Shown one piece after another: positions 19,477 to 33,722 of a DNA stretch of 64,000 bases. Every line of letters begins with the position of its first letter. The stretch's first letter is position 1. The stretch is from the human T2T-CHM13v2.0 reference genome, Homo sapiens: NCBI RefSeq assembly GCF_009914755.1, contig NC_060942.1, one strand, 5' to 3'. The translations under genes were made by a program, and so were the position numbers. The notes under the pieces were generated by a model. It saw nothing but the letters and a program-made list of their open reading frames with translations. It searched no databases and was not told the DNA's origin.

Positions 19477-20678
19477 GAATGGAGAACCAGACCTTATAAA
19501 GGAGATGATTCAATTTCCTCTTATGAAAAAGTAACACAATTGGTAAACAAGAAATTGATAAACAAGAAAATATAAAATTTAGTTTGACCTCAACATGAAA
19601 TTTCACATAATAGAGCTTTAGTATCTATCATCACACAAGTAAATATAGTTGTGTGTCATGATTCAAAGTCTTCATGTTTTGTCTAATGAGTGGATGACAT
19701 AACAGCAGGAAGTTCACTGTGCACTACTAGAATTATTTCTATTGAGGATTATTATGGAATGGGAATCAGAAACCAGACACAAATTCTGAGAATTTACAAC
19801 CAATGCAGCTATTACAAATGTGTCTCAGGTTGCATTACTTGCACTATATACTTTAGCTGAGAAATTTCTGCACAATAAGTAATGATGCCAAATTAACTGG
19901 ATAAATTAATATATTGGGGTAATATAGAGGGCTCTCATATTACGGGTAATAGAAGTTACTTTTCCATTGATGCATTGAATGAAGAATATTCACAGCTACG
20001 TAAGAGGTATGCTAAATACTAGAAATCAAACGCGGATAAAGGTCTACAAGGGTCTCAAAAATAGTCCCTGCATTGGGGAAAACAAAGAAGAAATGAGGAA
20101 AGAGTTGGGGTGAAGGATATCTTCAAAGGGTAACTAGAAGCAAAATAGTCCTGCTTCCATGAGATAAGCGTTTAAAAAAATAGTGGGAAATCAATATTGT
20201 CATTGGCTGAAGAAAGATAAATGAACATCCAAAATATGCCATGGTGATTGAGTAGTGACTGACAATTTATACAAAAACTTCCACCATCTTTGTGGTACAG
20301 AATCCAGATCATTGGTGAGTGCCGTGGGGCTGAATCTCAGGAGAGGTCGAGCTTTTCTAGGACAATAGTTTCCAGAAAAATATCAAGAAACAAAACTCTC
20401 CCAAGTGAGACTTACTTGGATTAGTGAATGAATTAATGAGTAATGTAAATCTATATCATATTTTTGCAAGCTTAATTTCTGAAAGAACGATTTGGAGAGA
20501 AGAATGTGATTTTTCTTTCCTTCAGCTTCCTGTATGAGGTCTTTTATTCTTATTGATTGTACACATTACCATGCACTGTAGGATATTCAATAGGCTTTAT
20601 TCAGAACAACAACAACAAAAAACCTACCTTCTATGAGCCCTAATAACAAAAATGATCATTCAAAAATATGTATCAAAC

Positions 20679-20963
20679 TTTTTTTTTTTTCCAGACAGAG
20701 TCTCGCAACATTACCCAGGCTGGAGTGTAGTGGCACAATCTCGGCTCACTGAAACCTCCGCCTCCCTGGTTCAAGCGATTCTCCTGCCTCAGAGCAGGGA
20801 TTCTAGGTGCCCACCACCACACCCGCTATTTCTTTTGTATTTTTAGTAGAGATGGGTTTTCACCATGTTGCCTAGGATTGTCTCAAACTCCTGACTTCAA
20901 GTGTTCCACCTGCCTCGGCCTCCCAAAGTGCTTGGATTACAGGCTGAGCCACTGTGCCCGGCC
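20679..20963 (-). mobile_element. AluS (Sx/Sz-like)
   Basis: Poly(T), antisense Alu ending GCCCGGCC; TSD-like TATGTATCAAACTT / TATGTCAAACTT. Confidence 0.92.
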
Positions 20964-23900
20964 TATGTCAAACTTGCATGAGTACCAGGCAAAGTGCTAA
21001 ATTTTATGATAAATACAAACGTCCTCATTTATAAGATTGTTTTCCTCTTCACTATTACAATGAGGGTGTGGGTGTTAGTGATTCCAGCTTAATACAAGTG
21101 ATTACCTATTACCTCTCTACCAAAGGTTGGGCCTGGCTTCCATGGGTAGTGCTTCAGAGAGCCAAGACCAGAGTTCAATTTCACCAGGTAAAACAAGTGG
21201 TTCACTCTTTCTATATTTGCAACCTTCATTTTTTTGAGACTTCTTACATTTTCTTACATTTGCCAGGTCATCGATACATAGTTCATTTAATATTTTAGTT
21301 ATTGTGAGAGTGAGGGCTATTCAAGTTTTCTAATATGACTTGCTATGTTAAATCCATACTAATATGCTTAAAATTATGGAAACATTAGTTATTTGGGGTT
21401 CTCAGGGATAAACACATATTCTTATCTATTTGAAAATCTGTGAGTCCATCTACCAATCTAACCTATCTAATCCATCTATTCAGCCAGCAATCTAACTTTT
21501 TGACCAAGACTGGGAAAAAGGGGTAGAAGGAAGTTCTAGAAATTCCCGAATTAAGGTTAAAATAAAACTAACCAAATTTCAGAACAAATATTTATATAAA
21601 TTAATTAATTATAATTATTTTGGAACATAGTAAAGTCTCTAAAGACAATATAGCCAAGTATAGAAGTATACAAATAATATGAGGGCAGTAATTAAGAAAG
21701 AAACCCAATTATCACAATAATTGCTGGATAAAAAATGCCTCGAAGCATTTGTTAAAATAAGCTAAAATTATTTCTCTCTAAATTAAAACCTGATAGATAA
21801 TGAGAGTTAAATACAAAAGTAAACCAAATATCAATATCTATCTCAGGCGTTTTTCCCTCTCCATGATCTCCATCAGCTCAGTCTTTTTCCCTACCAGGAG
21901 AAGCCAATAGAAGTTAGCAAACCACACACTTACAGCAACCAGAGACCTCTGAAAATAAATTTAAAAACTAGTCACCTCTAGGATACTATTTCTTAAAAAT
22001 CTAGAATGAGTAACAATTTTCTGAATTTCTGAGGAGATGGAAGAAAATTCAACCAACCATGCTCTTCATTACCTCTGTGAAATGATGGGAGAGAGGAGAA
22101 AGGCAGAGGAATCTCACTGTAATATCAACATCAAGTAGAATTGTACATTCATATGATTTTTGAATACTTGAATATTTTCTTTTCTTTTTTCTTTCCTTTA
22201 ACTTTTAAGTTCCAGAGTACATGCGCAGGATGTGCAGGCTTGTTACATAGGTAAACGTGTGCCATGTTGGTCTGCTGCACAGATCGACTCATCATCTAGG
22301 GATTAAGCCCAGCATCCCTTAGCTATTCTTCCTGATGCTCTCCTTCCCCTCCCCTTTACTCCTGACAAGCCCCAGTGTGTGTTGTTCCCTACCATGTGTC
22401 CATATGTTCTCATCATTCAGCTCCCACTTGTAAGTGAGAACATGCAGTGGTTGATTTTCTATTTCTGCGTTGGTTTGCTGAGGATAACAGCTTCCAACTC
22501 CATCCATGTCCCTGCAAAGGAAATAATCTTGTTTGTTTTATGGCTGCATAGTAGTCCATGGTGTGTATGTGCCACATTTTCTTTATCCAGTCTATCATTG
22601 TTGGGCATTTGGGTTGATTCTATGTCTTTCCTATTTTGAGTAGTGCTGCAATGAACATAAACATGCATGTATCTTTATAATAGAATGATTTATATTCCTT
22701 TGGGTATATACACAGTAATTGGATTTCTGGATCAAATGGTACTTCTGCCTCTAGATCTTTGAGGAATTGCCACACTGTCTTCCATACTGGTTGAACTAAT
22801 TTACACTCCCACCAACAGTGCAGAAGTGTTCCTTTTTCTCCACAACCTCATCAGCATCTGTTATTTTTTGACTTTTTATTAATAGCCATTCTGACTGATG
22901 TGAGATGGTATCTCACTGTGGTTTTTATTTGCATTTCTCCAATAATCAGGGATGTTGACCTTTTTCTCATATGTGGGCCGCGTGAATGTCTTTCTTTTGA
23001 GAAGTTAATGTTTTTTTCCACTTTTTAATGGGGTTGTTTCTTTATTCTTGTAAATTTATTTAAGTTCCTTGTAGACTCTGGATATTAGACCTTTGTTAGA
23101 TGGATAGACTGCAAATATTTTCTCCCATTCTGATGATAGTTTCTTTTGCTGTGCAGAAGCTCTTTAGTTTAATGAGATCACATTTGTCAATTTTGGCTTT
23201 TGTTGCAATTGCTTTTGGCATTTTCGTCATTAAATCTTTGCCTGTGCCTATGTCCTGAATGGTATTGCCTAGATTTTTTTCTAGGGTTTTTATAGTTTGG
23301 GGTTTTACATTTAAGTCTTTCATTCATCTTGAGTTAATTTTTGTTGGGGTGTAAGGAATGGGTCCAGTTTCAATTTTCTGCATGTGGCTACCCAGTTCCC
23401 CCAGAGCTATTTATTAGATAGGGAATCCTTTTCCCATTGCTTGTTTTTGTCAGGTTTGTGGAAGATCAGATATTTGTAGATGTGCAGTCTTATTCCTGAG
23501 TTCTCTGTTCTGTTCCATTGGTCTATGTGTTTGTTTTTGTATCAGTACCATGCTGTTTTGGTTACTACAGCCTTGTAGTATACTGTGTTCTTTTTGCTTA
23601 GAATTTTCTTGATTATTTGAGCTTCTATTTTGTTCCACATTAATTTTAAAATAATTTTTTTCTAATTATGTGAAGAATGTCAATGGTAGTTTGATAAGAA
23701 TAGCATTGAATCTATAAATTACTTTGAGCAGTATGTCCATTTTCATGATATTGATTTTTCCTATCCATGAGCATGGAATATTTTTCCATTTGTTTACGTC
23801 CTCTATGATTTCCTTGAGCAGTGGTTTGTAGTTCTCAACAATGAGGTTCTTCACTTCCCTTATTAGCTGTATTCCTAGGTATTTTATTCTTTTTGTGGCA

Positions 23901-24330
23901 ATTCTGAATGGGAGTTATTTCGTGATTTGACTCTCTGCTTGACTGTTGTTGGTGTATAGGAAGGCTAGCGGTTTTTGCACATTGATTATTTATCCTGAGA
24001 CTTTGCTGAAATTGCTTATCACCTTGAGAAGCTTTTGGGCTAAGACATTGGGATTTTCTAGATATAGGATCATGTCATCACCAAACAAAGATAATTTGAC
24101 TTCCTCTCTTCCTATTTGAATACCGTTTTTCTTTCTCTTGTCTGATTGCCCTGGCAACAAGTTCCAATACTATGTTGAATAAGAATGGTGAGAGAGGGCA
24201 TCTTTGTCTTTTGCTGGTTTTCAAAGGGAATGCTTCCAGCTTTTGCCCATTCAGTATGATATTGGCCATGGGTTTGTCATATATGGCTCTTATTATTTTG
24301 AGGCATTTTTCTTCAATACCTGGTTTATTG

Positions 24331-24677
<347 letters not shown>

Positions 24678-27085
24678 TAATGTGAGGGGATGTCGAATTT
24701 TATTGAAGGCCTTTTCTGCATCTATTGAGATAATCATGTGGTTTTTGTCTTTAGTTCTGTTTATGTGATCAATTACATTTATTGATTTGCATATGTTTAA
24801 CCAACTTTGCATCTTGTGGATAAAACCAACTTGATAGTGGTGAATAAGCTTTCTGATGTGCTGCTGGGTTCAGTTTGCCAATATTTTATTGAGGATTTTT
24901 GCATCAATGTTTATCAGGGATTTTGGCCTGATGTTTTCTTTTTTTTGTTGTATCTCTGCCAGGTTTTGCTATCAGGATGATGCTAGCCTCATAGAATGAG
25001 TTAGGGAGGAGTCCCTCCTTTTCAATTTTTGGGAACAGTTTCAGTAGAAATGGTACCAGTTCTTCTTTGTACCTCTGGTAGAATTTAGCTGTAAATTCAT
25101 CTAATCCTGGGCTTTGTTTTGGTTGGTAGGCTATTTATTACTGCTCAATTTCAGAACTATTTATTGGTCTACTCAGGGATTTAGTTTCTTTCTGGTTCAG
25201 TCTTAGGAAGGTGGATGTGTCCAGGAATTTGTCCATTTCTTCCAGATTTTCTAGTTTATTTGCATACAATTATGTATAGTACTCTCTGATGTTTGTTTGA
25301 ATATTTTCTTACATTTATTTGCATTTGGATTAGTTTGGTGATGAAATCCCTATTAGTTTAGTAGTCTATTCTTTTTGAATTGTTCCATACAAAGCAAACT
25401 GTTAGATGTTGGTGGTAGAGTGTTAAAGTTTTCATTGTAATTTTACTAACTAAAGAGTAGACATCTTGTGGGCTGGATGCTTGAGGTTTAAACAGATGCC
25501 CAGATACAAACCTCATTTTGCAGCCTGTGAACTGCTTGTATTACAGTATGTACAGTGACACTGGAGAGTTAGGAAATTTGAACTTTATGATATTGAGAAA
25601 ACCCAAGGAGATATTGGCTAAATACATTCACATATTGTTAAAATATATATTGATCTTCCTCTATCATAACTGATGTTGACATTCCCCTATCATAAGATAA
25701 ATTCTCATGGAATTACAGAGGCCTTCCTTAGGAGCCAGATTACTTCCTCAGCTTGGGTTATAATGAAGTGCAGGTGAGCAGGAATTCCACCATCAGGGAA
25801 GTCACTGTGCACCTGTCAGGACTCTGTCATAGATTTCCAGGGTCCTGGAGCTTTTATCCCATCTAAACTGCTCATGCCTAAACATTTCATCAAACTTGGG
25901 TCTGTGTTCAATTTCATTTGGGAGTAATCTTATTCTCAACTTTTATGAATTTATACCTTAAATCAAGTGACTATAAGCAGTTTTTAAAACAAAGGAGAAT
26001 GAAGAACTGGCTTAAGGGCTCCAGTGCTAAGGGAAAGTAAACATGGGCAGGGGAAAAAGAAGGCAGCGCCTAAACCAAACCTGCCAGTACCCTAGTAGTT
26101 TTCCCTGCCCCTCCTTCAAAGTCACCTGGAAATTAAAAACAACAACAACAACAAGAAAAGATACTATTGATGTCCAGGCCCTCTCGTGACCAGAGCATAT
26201 TTAATATGCCACATAGATGCTTCTGATATACAGCTAGCATGAGAATCCCTGATTTACATTCTGAATTCTGGGCTTCTCCTGATGTAAGCTGGATGATTTG
26301 GCATTTATTCCCACTCCACATGTGAACTTCATCTACAGTCCTCCAAACATTGAATAAATATTTCATGTAAAATAAATTTGATGCAGTTATTTTGAGAGAA
26401 AATTACTTTTTCACAAAACAATACTACTCAGCAAGCAGCAAAGTTGGTAAAAACATGAAGAATATGAACATCACCAAATGCATGCAAGAACTGTCGCTGA
26501 AGTGGAAGGAACCAGCTGATTACAATTTCTGCAATGGGAAATCCAGCATGGGGTTTTTTGCTTTTTTTTTTTTTTTTTTCCCAAATGCCCAAAGTTCAGA
26601 AGAAAGAAGCTAAAAATGGAAGTCTTTGCATCCTCCAACATAAGTCTATGAGAAATCTTAGGGGGGTTTTGGAAGTTTTATAACCGAGGGAAGGAAATAA
26701 AAAGTAAATGAATATGACAACATAGCTATAAAGATAGCAGACACTGAATACAACATCTACTGCAAGAGTATTCATCAAATCGAAGCTAATGTTTTAACAG
26801 GTAAAATGTTCTCATTAAATCGATAAAAGTCTCTTTCCTGAAGGAAATAAAACCATTTTTACCTTCCTAAGTTATCAAGGAAAGCTCTCTTAGCAGAAGA
26901 AAATTCTCCTAATACTGCTATGCTATTCCACAGAGAAATCTAAAATCCCGAAGTAGTATTTTACTCCCATGAATACCTTGGGTTTTTTTAGAATTTATTT
27001 TTACATTTTAAAGACAATAGTATGGTGCAAATGCAGTTGGAAGCCTTTAAGAATGGTATGTTATTATTATGCATTGTCTATAATT

Positions 27086-27291
27086 AATATCAATTAGAAT
27101 CTATTAAATTTAATAGACTTTGAGCTATTCAGTTTAATTCAATTTCAATAAATTTCAATTAAGTACAATTTGTTTCTATTACTTTTATTAATTCCAGTCA
27201 CTATCAATTACCTTCAATTAATTTAATTTACTGGCTATATATGTTCAGGTAATTCACTATTACTTTCAATTAGTTTCTATTCATTTCAATG
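27086..27291. repeat. Degenerate ~10-bp-period AT-rich array (consensus approx. ANTTTCAATT)
   Basis: Units such as AATATCAATT, AATTTCAATA, AATTTCAATT, AAGTACAATT, ACTATCAATT, ACCTTCAATT, ACTTTCAATT, AGTTTCTATT. Confidence 0.6.
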
Positions 27292-28054
27292 GGCTTCCTT
27301 GGCAGCTAACTGATTTCATAAAAACAAATGTGCAGCTATAATATAGTTTCTACAATACAGGACAGTCATACAAACTAATTAGCTCTGCATTCAAACTTAC
27401 CATACACGATTAGACCCCTATATGATCTACATACAATCTGTATTCACCTCCATCTATCTTCCTCATGGGTTGGTATATCTGTAGAGAGTCTGGGATTTAC
27501 AAAAAGATGTCAGAACTTTCAACTGATTTGTAGATTAATTGCATCTACTTTGTACCTAGAACCTTGCTAGGTGCAGGAGGTAATACAGGTAAAGGAGATA
27601 GGCAAAGGAGAGTTCATTTAGGAGATTATAACAAGAGTTCTCACACTTAGTTTGATGTTTGATGGAAGGCTCTGGATGTGTCTTATTCACCATCGCACTC
27701 ACTGCATGAACCCATTGTTTTACACCGAGTGCAGGTACTCAAAACATGAGTATTTTCTGGGGCTGTCAGTAAAGTCAGTGTTGAAGTGCAGAAGCAAGAT
27801 AATCAGAACAAATTCTGGGCCCCACAGTAAGTATGAACATCCTCTCTCTATGGAAGAAAATAACTTATAAAATTATCAAATATTAATGACAGAGGAAAAA
27901 TTAGAGATCTTGGAATGTAACATTTCTTCTGCAATTGAAGTTTTTCAGGCCAATTAAGTGAGGTAATGTGTATATTACATTACTAATTCTATAGTCTTAC
28001 CTGTTCTACCGGGGAGCATTTGTATTTAAAAAAAAAAAAAAAACAACATGTAGA

Positions 28055-28215
28055 TTTTCATAGTTTACAGTGCACTTTAGCACCCATTAACACATTTCAT
28101 GCTCCTAAAAACCCTATGAAGAAGACACTGCAAATTTTGTCTTCTTGAGAAACAAAGTCAAATTGAGGTGAAATGGTTTGCTGAATATTGGATAACTATG
28201 AAATGGTAGAGTTCA
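28055..28215 (-). mobile_element. MIR-family SINE (old)
   Basis: AGTTTACAGTGCACTTT..CATTTCATGCTCCTAAAAACCCTATGAAG..AAATGGTAGAG. Confidence 0.5.
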
Positions 28216-29699
28216 GAGAGAGGAACCATAATGACAGAAAAATAAAGATCCTGGGTTTTTGAGGGCCCCTTTTTAGGAACAGAGGCACTTTAAATCTGTA
28301 GCTAGACAGTTCCTACACACTTACCCCTAAGATGGTGAATTCTTTTTAGTGGTCCAAGCTATGCTAAGTGGGAAGTTACGTCTCTGGGAGAGACAAATAG
28401 AACAAATGACTCATTTACTGGGCCTCCTGCTTTTCTTCACTCAAGGGTTCCTTAGAAAAATGTACCTGTCTGAGTGGAAGTGACTGGACATGTGACAGTT
28501 GAATAAAGCACAGAGCATGAATGGAACACTACACCCCACCAGGCCCGGCCTGTTGCCTGCAGGAGGAGCTGACTTGGAGCAGGGTTCTTTGGCAGCAGGG
28601 CAATGCTAGAGCACAGGAAACTTGGCTTCCTCCCAGCACATCCCTGGCAGAAAACTCACTGTGAGAAAAGAGGGGAGGAATTCAAAGCTGAATCCAAATC
28701 AAGTTGCCAGAGCCCTTCGGCTAAGATGTGGGAGGTCCTGGGAAAGAAACCAGGGACTTTAATATCAAAAGGAAAATTGGCTAGAAGAAATGACAGAGCC
28801 ATTGGAAATGAAACTGAAGGAATCTCAGCTTGGGACCAATCTACTGGCAGGGACCACCCTTCCCACTGTGGCTTGCTGACATCAAACATGGAGACAATGA
28901 AAGGAGTGGACCATCACAAAACCACACATTTAACAAATTGTGCCAGGAACAGTAGATAAATAGTCTATAATTACTTTGCCGTTTGAAATTATATTTCTAT
29001 AGGCCCATCCTAAGTTAATATAATAAATATTTCTCTAAATACTTCATGAATGTCTCAGTTACATCCTAGGACAAATTATCTTCCCCAGGTAACTGCTTCA
29101 GGCAATTCACACACCATGATCTGTTCTTTTCCACACTGTTTCTTCATCTCGTCTCACCTTGATTCCCCACTTACCTCAATGCTACTATTAAAATCAAATG
29201 TTAAGCCTTTGAAGAAGTCTTCCTCACTTATATCAGTGAACTTTAATGCAGAAATCTTCATAAAACATGTATTGAGCTCCTAATATATGTCAGGCATATG
29301 AGAATGAAATTGTTCATTTCCTCCAAGTAATGCAATGCCGAAATCCTAGGGAATTCTTTCACCCATTGACCTACAAATAGTGAGTTACTTTTTTGGATCT
29401 GACATTGCACTCATAAGTTTTATACCCTATTTGGCATTTATAATTCTAATATTTGTACGGTATTTTACATGCATAAAGTGCTTTCATATGCCATGTCTTA
29501 TTTAATCATACACCAACTTGTGTATTTTTCTAAGTATATCCTGTGAATAGACTCCCCAGCTAGACATTGAAATAGAAGCTGTAGACTTTCTTTTTCTTTA
29601 TACTTCAAAATGTACAGCACCTAGAAGATGCTTGATGTGGACTTATTTTATATTATTATCAGCTAATTGGGGTAGTCTGGGAGAATGGATCAACAAGTA

Positions 29700-29766
29700 T
29701 TTTTAATTCATTCAATACTTAATAAATATTTATTAAGTATCTGTAATATACAAGGCACTGTGCTTA
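29700..29766 (-). mobile_element. L2 3'-end fragment
   Basis: ATTCATTCAA..AAATATTTATTAAGTATCTG..AGGCACTGTGCT. Confidence 0.55.
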
Positions 29767-32516
29767 AACACTTTAATCATGAAAAACCTCAGCTCTCTCA
29801 AGGGATATGACATAAATCCCAGGGGTACCCCAAGTGGTAAGGATTCTCCTTCCATTAAAAGTCTCTTTCCAGAATATTTGATGTTCTCTAAAGAGATACA
29901 TAAATGAGAGATAGATAGATAACTAGCCGTATAAAAAGGAATATCTATTTGCTGATGCTAATTACTCTTTCCTCAAATTCCTACCACTTTACCCATATTC
30001 TATCTGTATTTCTTTGAATTATTCCGTGAATGTTTGTTTTATTTCTTTCTTTAGCAAGCTTTCTGAAAACCAGCTTTTCTTTGCTTTCCATCATCTCTTC
30101 CCCACCTGTCATGATATTAGGCTCAATACATGCTGGTTTACTTATCTTGAAATACTTCTTAGAGGGGACATCCAGATTGCATTCATGAGCTTACTTCAAC
30201 ATGCTTGCTTTAAATCACCAATATCTACCACCACGTTAAGAAACTTACGTGTTATGCGGCCAGAGCCATCTGATCCATGGTGCCTTCAACTTTTGTTAGA
30301 CTCTGGATTTCTCAATATAATAACTAGAGGTAGTGTCACAAAGTCCTTACGTTACTCTCTATAACTATTCATTTCATTTTAATGTATGTTATGTTTGTTA
30401 AATTTTTGAAGGTATAAGCTTTAGATGGGTCTGCAATTATTACAGATTTTTCTTGCATAGGATGAGGAGAGTTTCCTATGCATTGTCAAAGCCAAAAAAT
30501 GGAGTATTCCCTGTGCCAATAAACACATTTCTGGTAAATAATAATGAAAAAATATGACATTGATCTTCGGCCACAATACTGAACTAAATGAAATATGTCA
30601 GGGGTCCATAAATCTTGAACCTAGGAAGATCTTTTGTTCTTCAGAGAAATGTAAGGTGGCACCCACAATACGAAGGCAGGAAGTGAAGGCTGACAAGGAA
30701 GGAACCAGAGATGCTGAGACACCATACCAGCCTCTGGCCCAAAGGTTCAGTTACCACAGGATTAAAACATGAGCTTTGAAGCTCGGCTGCCTATGGGTAA
30801 TTGTGGTCTTTCTTATATTATTTGGTATTCAGTCAAGTTGTATTTATGTTTTTTCTCCTTTCTAACAGTGACACTCACCTTAACTGTACTAGGAACACAG
30901 TACGGGGTGCATGTCTCTGCTGGGCCTGAAGTTTTAAAGCAAAACAGTCTTCCTGAAGAATGTTCGAGACAGTGGCAGCAGAAATCACAATGAGGGGACC
31001 CTAAAGAGAAAGTAGAACCAAAAGAGAAGGCTTGTTGCTGTTTACTCAGACCCTCCTGCATACCTAGACTGCTCCTTGATCAAATCTTGGAGAAGAATTG
31101 TGTATGTTTGGTGAGGGAAACACCAAACCATTTATGGAACCTTCTGCTGCCTTTTAAACAAAGTCAGACGAAGTATAATATAAAACTGATAATAGAAGCA
31201 TAGCATGCTCTTAAAGTTTTATAATTCAGTTTTGTGTGTATGTAAACCTTGTGGGGGTGGTTTGCTGTAGCAGGCTCTCAGCTTGCCTCCCTCCCTTCTG
31301 GCACTCTCTTCTACTCTTTCAGCAAACAGTTGATGCAGTCATCTCCATTAACAAGGCCTTTGTCATGTCACTGCCAAAGTCATAAACTTTTATTTGGCTT
31401 TGTTTTCTACCACTTCACTTTTAAAATCTTTTAAGAGACACCTTGGGTCTTTCCTTTCTTCCCATTTATCAGTTGCTTCCCAGCTCCTTATTCTTGCTTC
31501 TATTTTTTTAATTACATATGAATGCCTTCTCTCCTCTACTCTGGCTTTTTGAACTTTATGCATCAACAAAAACTGCAAAAATTTACACTTTTTTGAAGAT
31601 GCTGATGACTCTACAGTCTTCCCTTCTCAGTACCATTCTTATAATCATGGATGCTAAAGCACTGGTGTCATAATATCATTATGTCAGGTTGAATTCTTTA
31701 ATTACAAGAAGATTGATGGCTGCCCCAAGAAGAGGCTTTGATTTATGTGCCTTTTGTATATTCCTCAGACCGTACCAAAGCATTAATATACAGCAGAGGT
31801 CCTCTCAGTGTTCTCTGAAATAATCTGCTTTTCTCCATCTCCAGGAAGGCAATGGGCTATTAAGATTATGTGTGTTAGACCTAACTCTGACATGGATCTA
31901 AAAGCATTTGTTTGATGAGGAAAGATCAGTCAGCCTGAGCCCTCACATCCACTGGATCCAAATCTCTAATTTTTAGTGACACAGACTTCTGAATATATTA
32001 CAGACTAATGAAGCCCTTGATTTCCTAAATTTTCAAAAAGCTGAATGCTTCATGCATCGGTATAGAGCAAAAATTTCCATGCCATTCCAGATCATTGGGA
32101 GTAAGGCTAATATGAGCTTCTAGCATTCCACACCTTGTATTCTTGTGTCTGTATAATCTTTATTGGGCAAAGATTTATCTCCAATGAGCAGGTCTACAAA
32201 ACCTTGCACAGACTGTTCTTTTATTTTTAATTGTAGTAAAGAATCCAGAGCTTGAGAGCCCCTGGTATAGTTCAATATCATCCCATTATTCCAAATACTT
32301 CAGAAACCTCAAAACCTCTGATATTCTCAGAAGAATAATTGACCAAGAGACAAATGAAGGCAGGCTTTAACTACCTGTGGTAAGAAATCACATCAATGAT
32401 AACAAAACAACTGAAGGTTGTTATAGACATAATTCAGCCTCTCCTGGTAAACTAAAAAGAGAACTGCATTTCCTCTGAAAAGAAGAAGTTCTACCAGTGT
32501 CACAGGGAAGTCCTCG

Positions 32517-33142
32517 TGTTGCTGGAAAGGGGTCCTGATCCAGACTCCAAAAGAGGGTGCTTGGATCTGGCACAGGACAGGATTCAGGGGGAGTCCATAG
32601 AGTAAAGTGAAGGCAAATTTATTAGACAAGTAAAGAAACAAAAGAATGGCTACTCCATAAGCAGAGCAGCAGCATGGGCCACTCAGCTGCTCATACTTAT
32701 TATTTCTTCTTGATTATATGCTAAACAAGCAGTGGATTATTCATGAGCTTTCTGGGAAAGGGGTGGGCAATTCCTGGAATTGAGGGCTCCTCTCCTTTTT
32801 AGACCATATAGGGTAACTTCTTATTGTTGCCATGGCATTTGTAAACTATCATGGCACTGGGGGTAGTGTCTTTTAGCATGCTAATGCATTATAACTAGCC
32901 TATCATGAGCAGTGAGGATGACCAGAGGTCACTTCTGTCACCATCTTGGGTTTTGGCAGACTTCTTTACCGCAACCTGTTTTATCAATAAGGTCTTTATA
33001 ACCTGTATCTTGTGCTAACCTCCTATCGCATCCTGTGACTTAGAATGCCTAACCTCCTGGAAATGCAGCCCAGTAAGTCTCAGCCTTATTTTACCAATTC
33101 ACTATTCAAGATGGAGTCACTCTGGTTCAAATGCCTCTGAGA
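32517..33142 (-). mobile_element. MER41B solo LTR (ERV1)
   Basis: GGAAAGGGGTCCTGATCCAGAC..AAGAATGGCTACTCCATA..GGATGACCAGAGGTCACT..TTCAAGATGGAGTCACTCTGGTTCAAATGCCTCTGA matches antisense MER41B. Confidence 0.9.
32750..32779. promoter_or_regulatory. Tandem GAS (STAT) motifs within MER41B
   Basis: TTCTGGGAA (32750-32758) and TTCCTGGAA (32771-32779) both fit TTCN3GAA. Confidence 0.65.
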
Positions 33143-33254
33143 TTCTCTCATCTCATTTGTAAAACAAAGAAACTTGACCCAAATGTACTTTGTTTTTCTT
33201 TTAATTCTACCATTCTTTATTTCTATCATATGCTAATTATTCTGCTTTCTTCCA

Positions 33255-33722
33255 CCCACTGCCACCAGATGCATTTTAAAAGTTATTTTTTGTTCTGCTG
33301 CTTTGTGTTCCAAGAGACAAACCCTTACCCCTCAGTTTTTGGTTGGGTGTAGCCAATGATAGACCTTAGTAGGAGCTCAGAGGAAGGGAGGAAAGCTAGA
33401 CTGTGGCATGTCTAGCCTGCTGTCTGCCTCTTCTGGGCCATGTTTTGTGGTAGCAGCCATGTCCCTCCAAAATTACAGCTCCTGACAGGCAGCATGTTTT
33501 CCAGAATTCTACTGTTCACAGGGCACTGGTGTTTGTTTCCCCTCTTGCTCCTTCAGACCCAGGCTTGCCTATAACTTCCTATTTTTGCTAATCTGTGGAT
33601 GCCAGAATATTCCTTGTCAATTCACTTTGTTACCCGCATCTCTGTAAGTAGTTTCTTTATTACAGTCATATGAGCCATTCAAATTGGATTTGTGTTTCTT
33701 GCTGAGACCTTGACTGTCATAT
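33255..33722 (+). mobile_element. LTR33-like ERVL solo LTR
   Basis: TTGGTTGGGTGTAGCCAATG..GGAGCTCAGAGG; CCTTCAGACCCAGG; ends TGTTTCTTGCTGAGACCTTGACTG; 5' boundary approximate. Confidence 0.7.

Noticed and set aside
27086-27291. CRISPR-like or coding-repeat interpretation of the decamer array
   Set aside because: Eukaryotic context, no repeat-spacer architecture and no ORF.
28603-28959. 118-aa ORF in a GC-richer patch
   Set aside because: No recognisable homology or exon structure.
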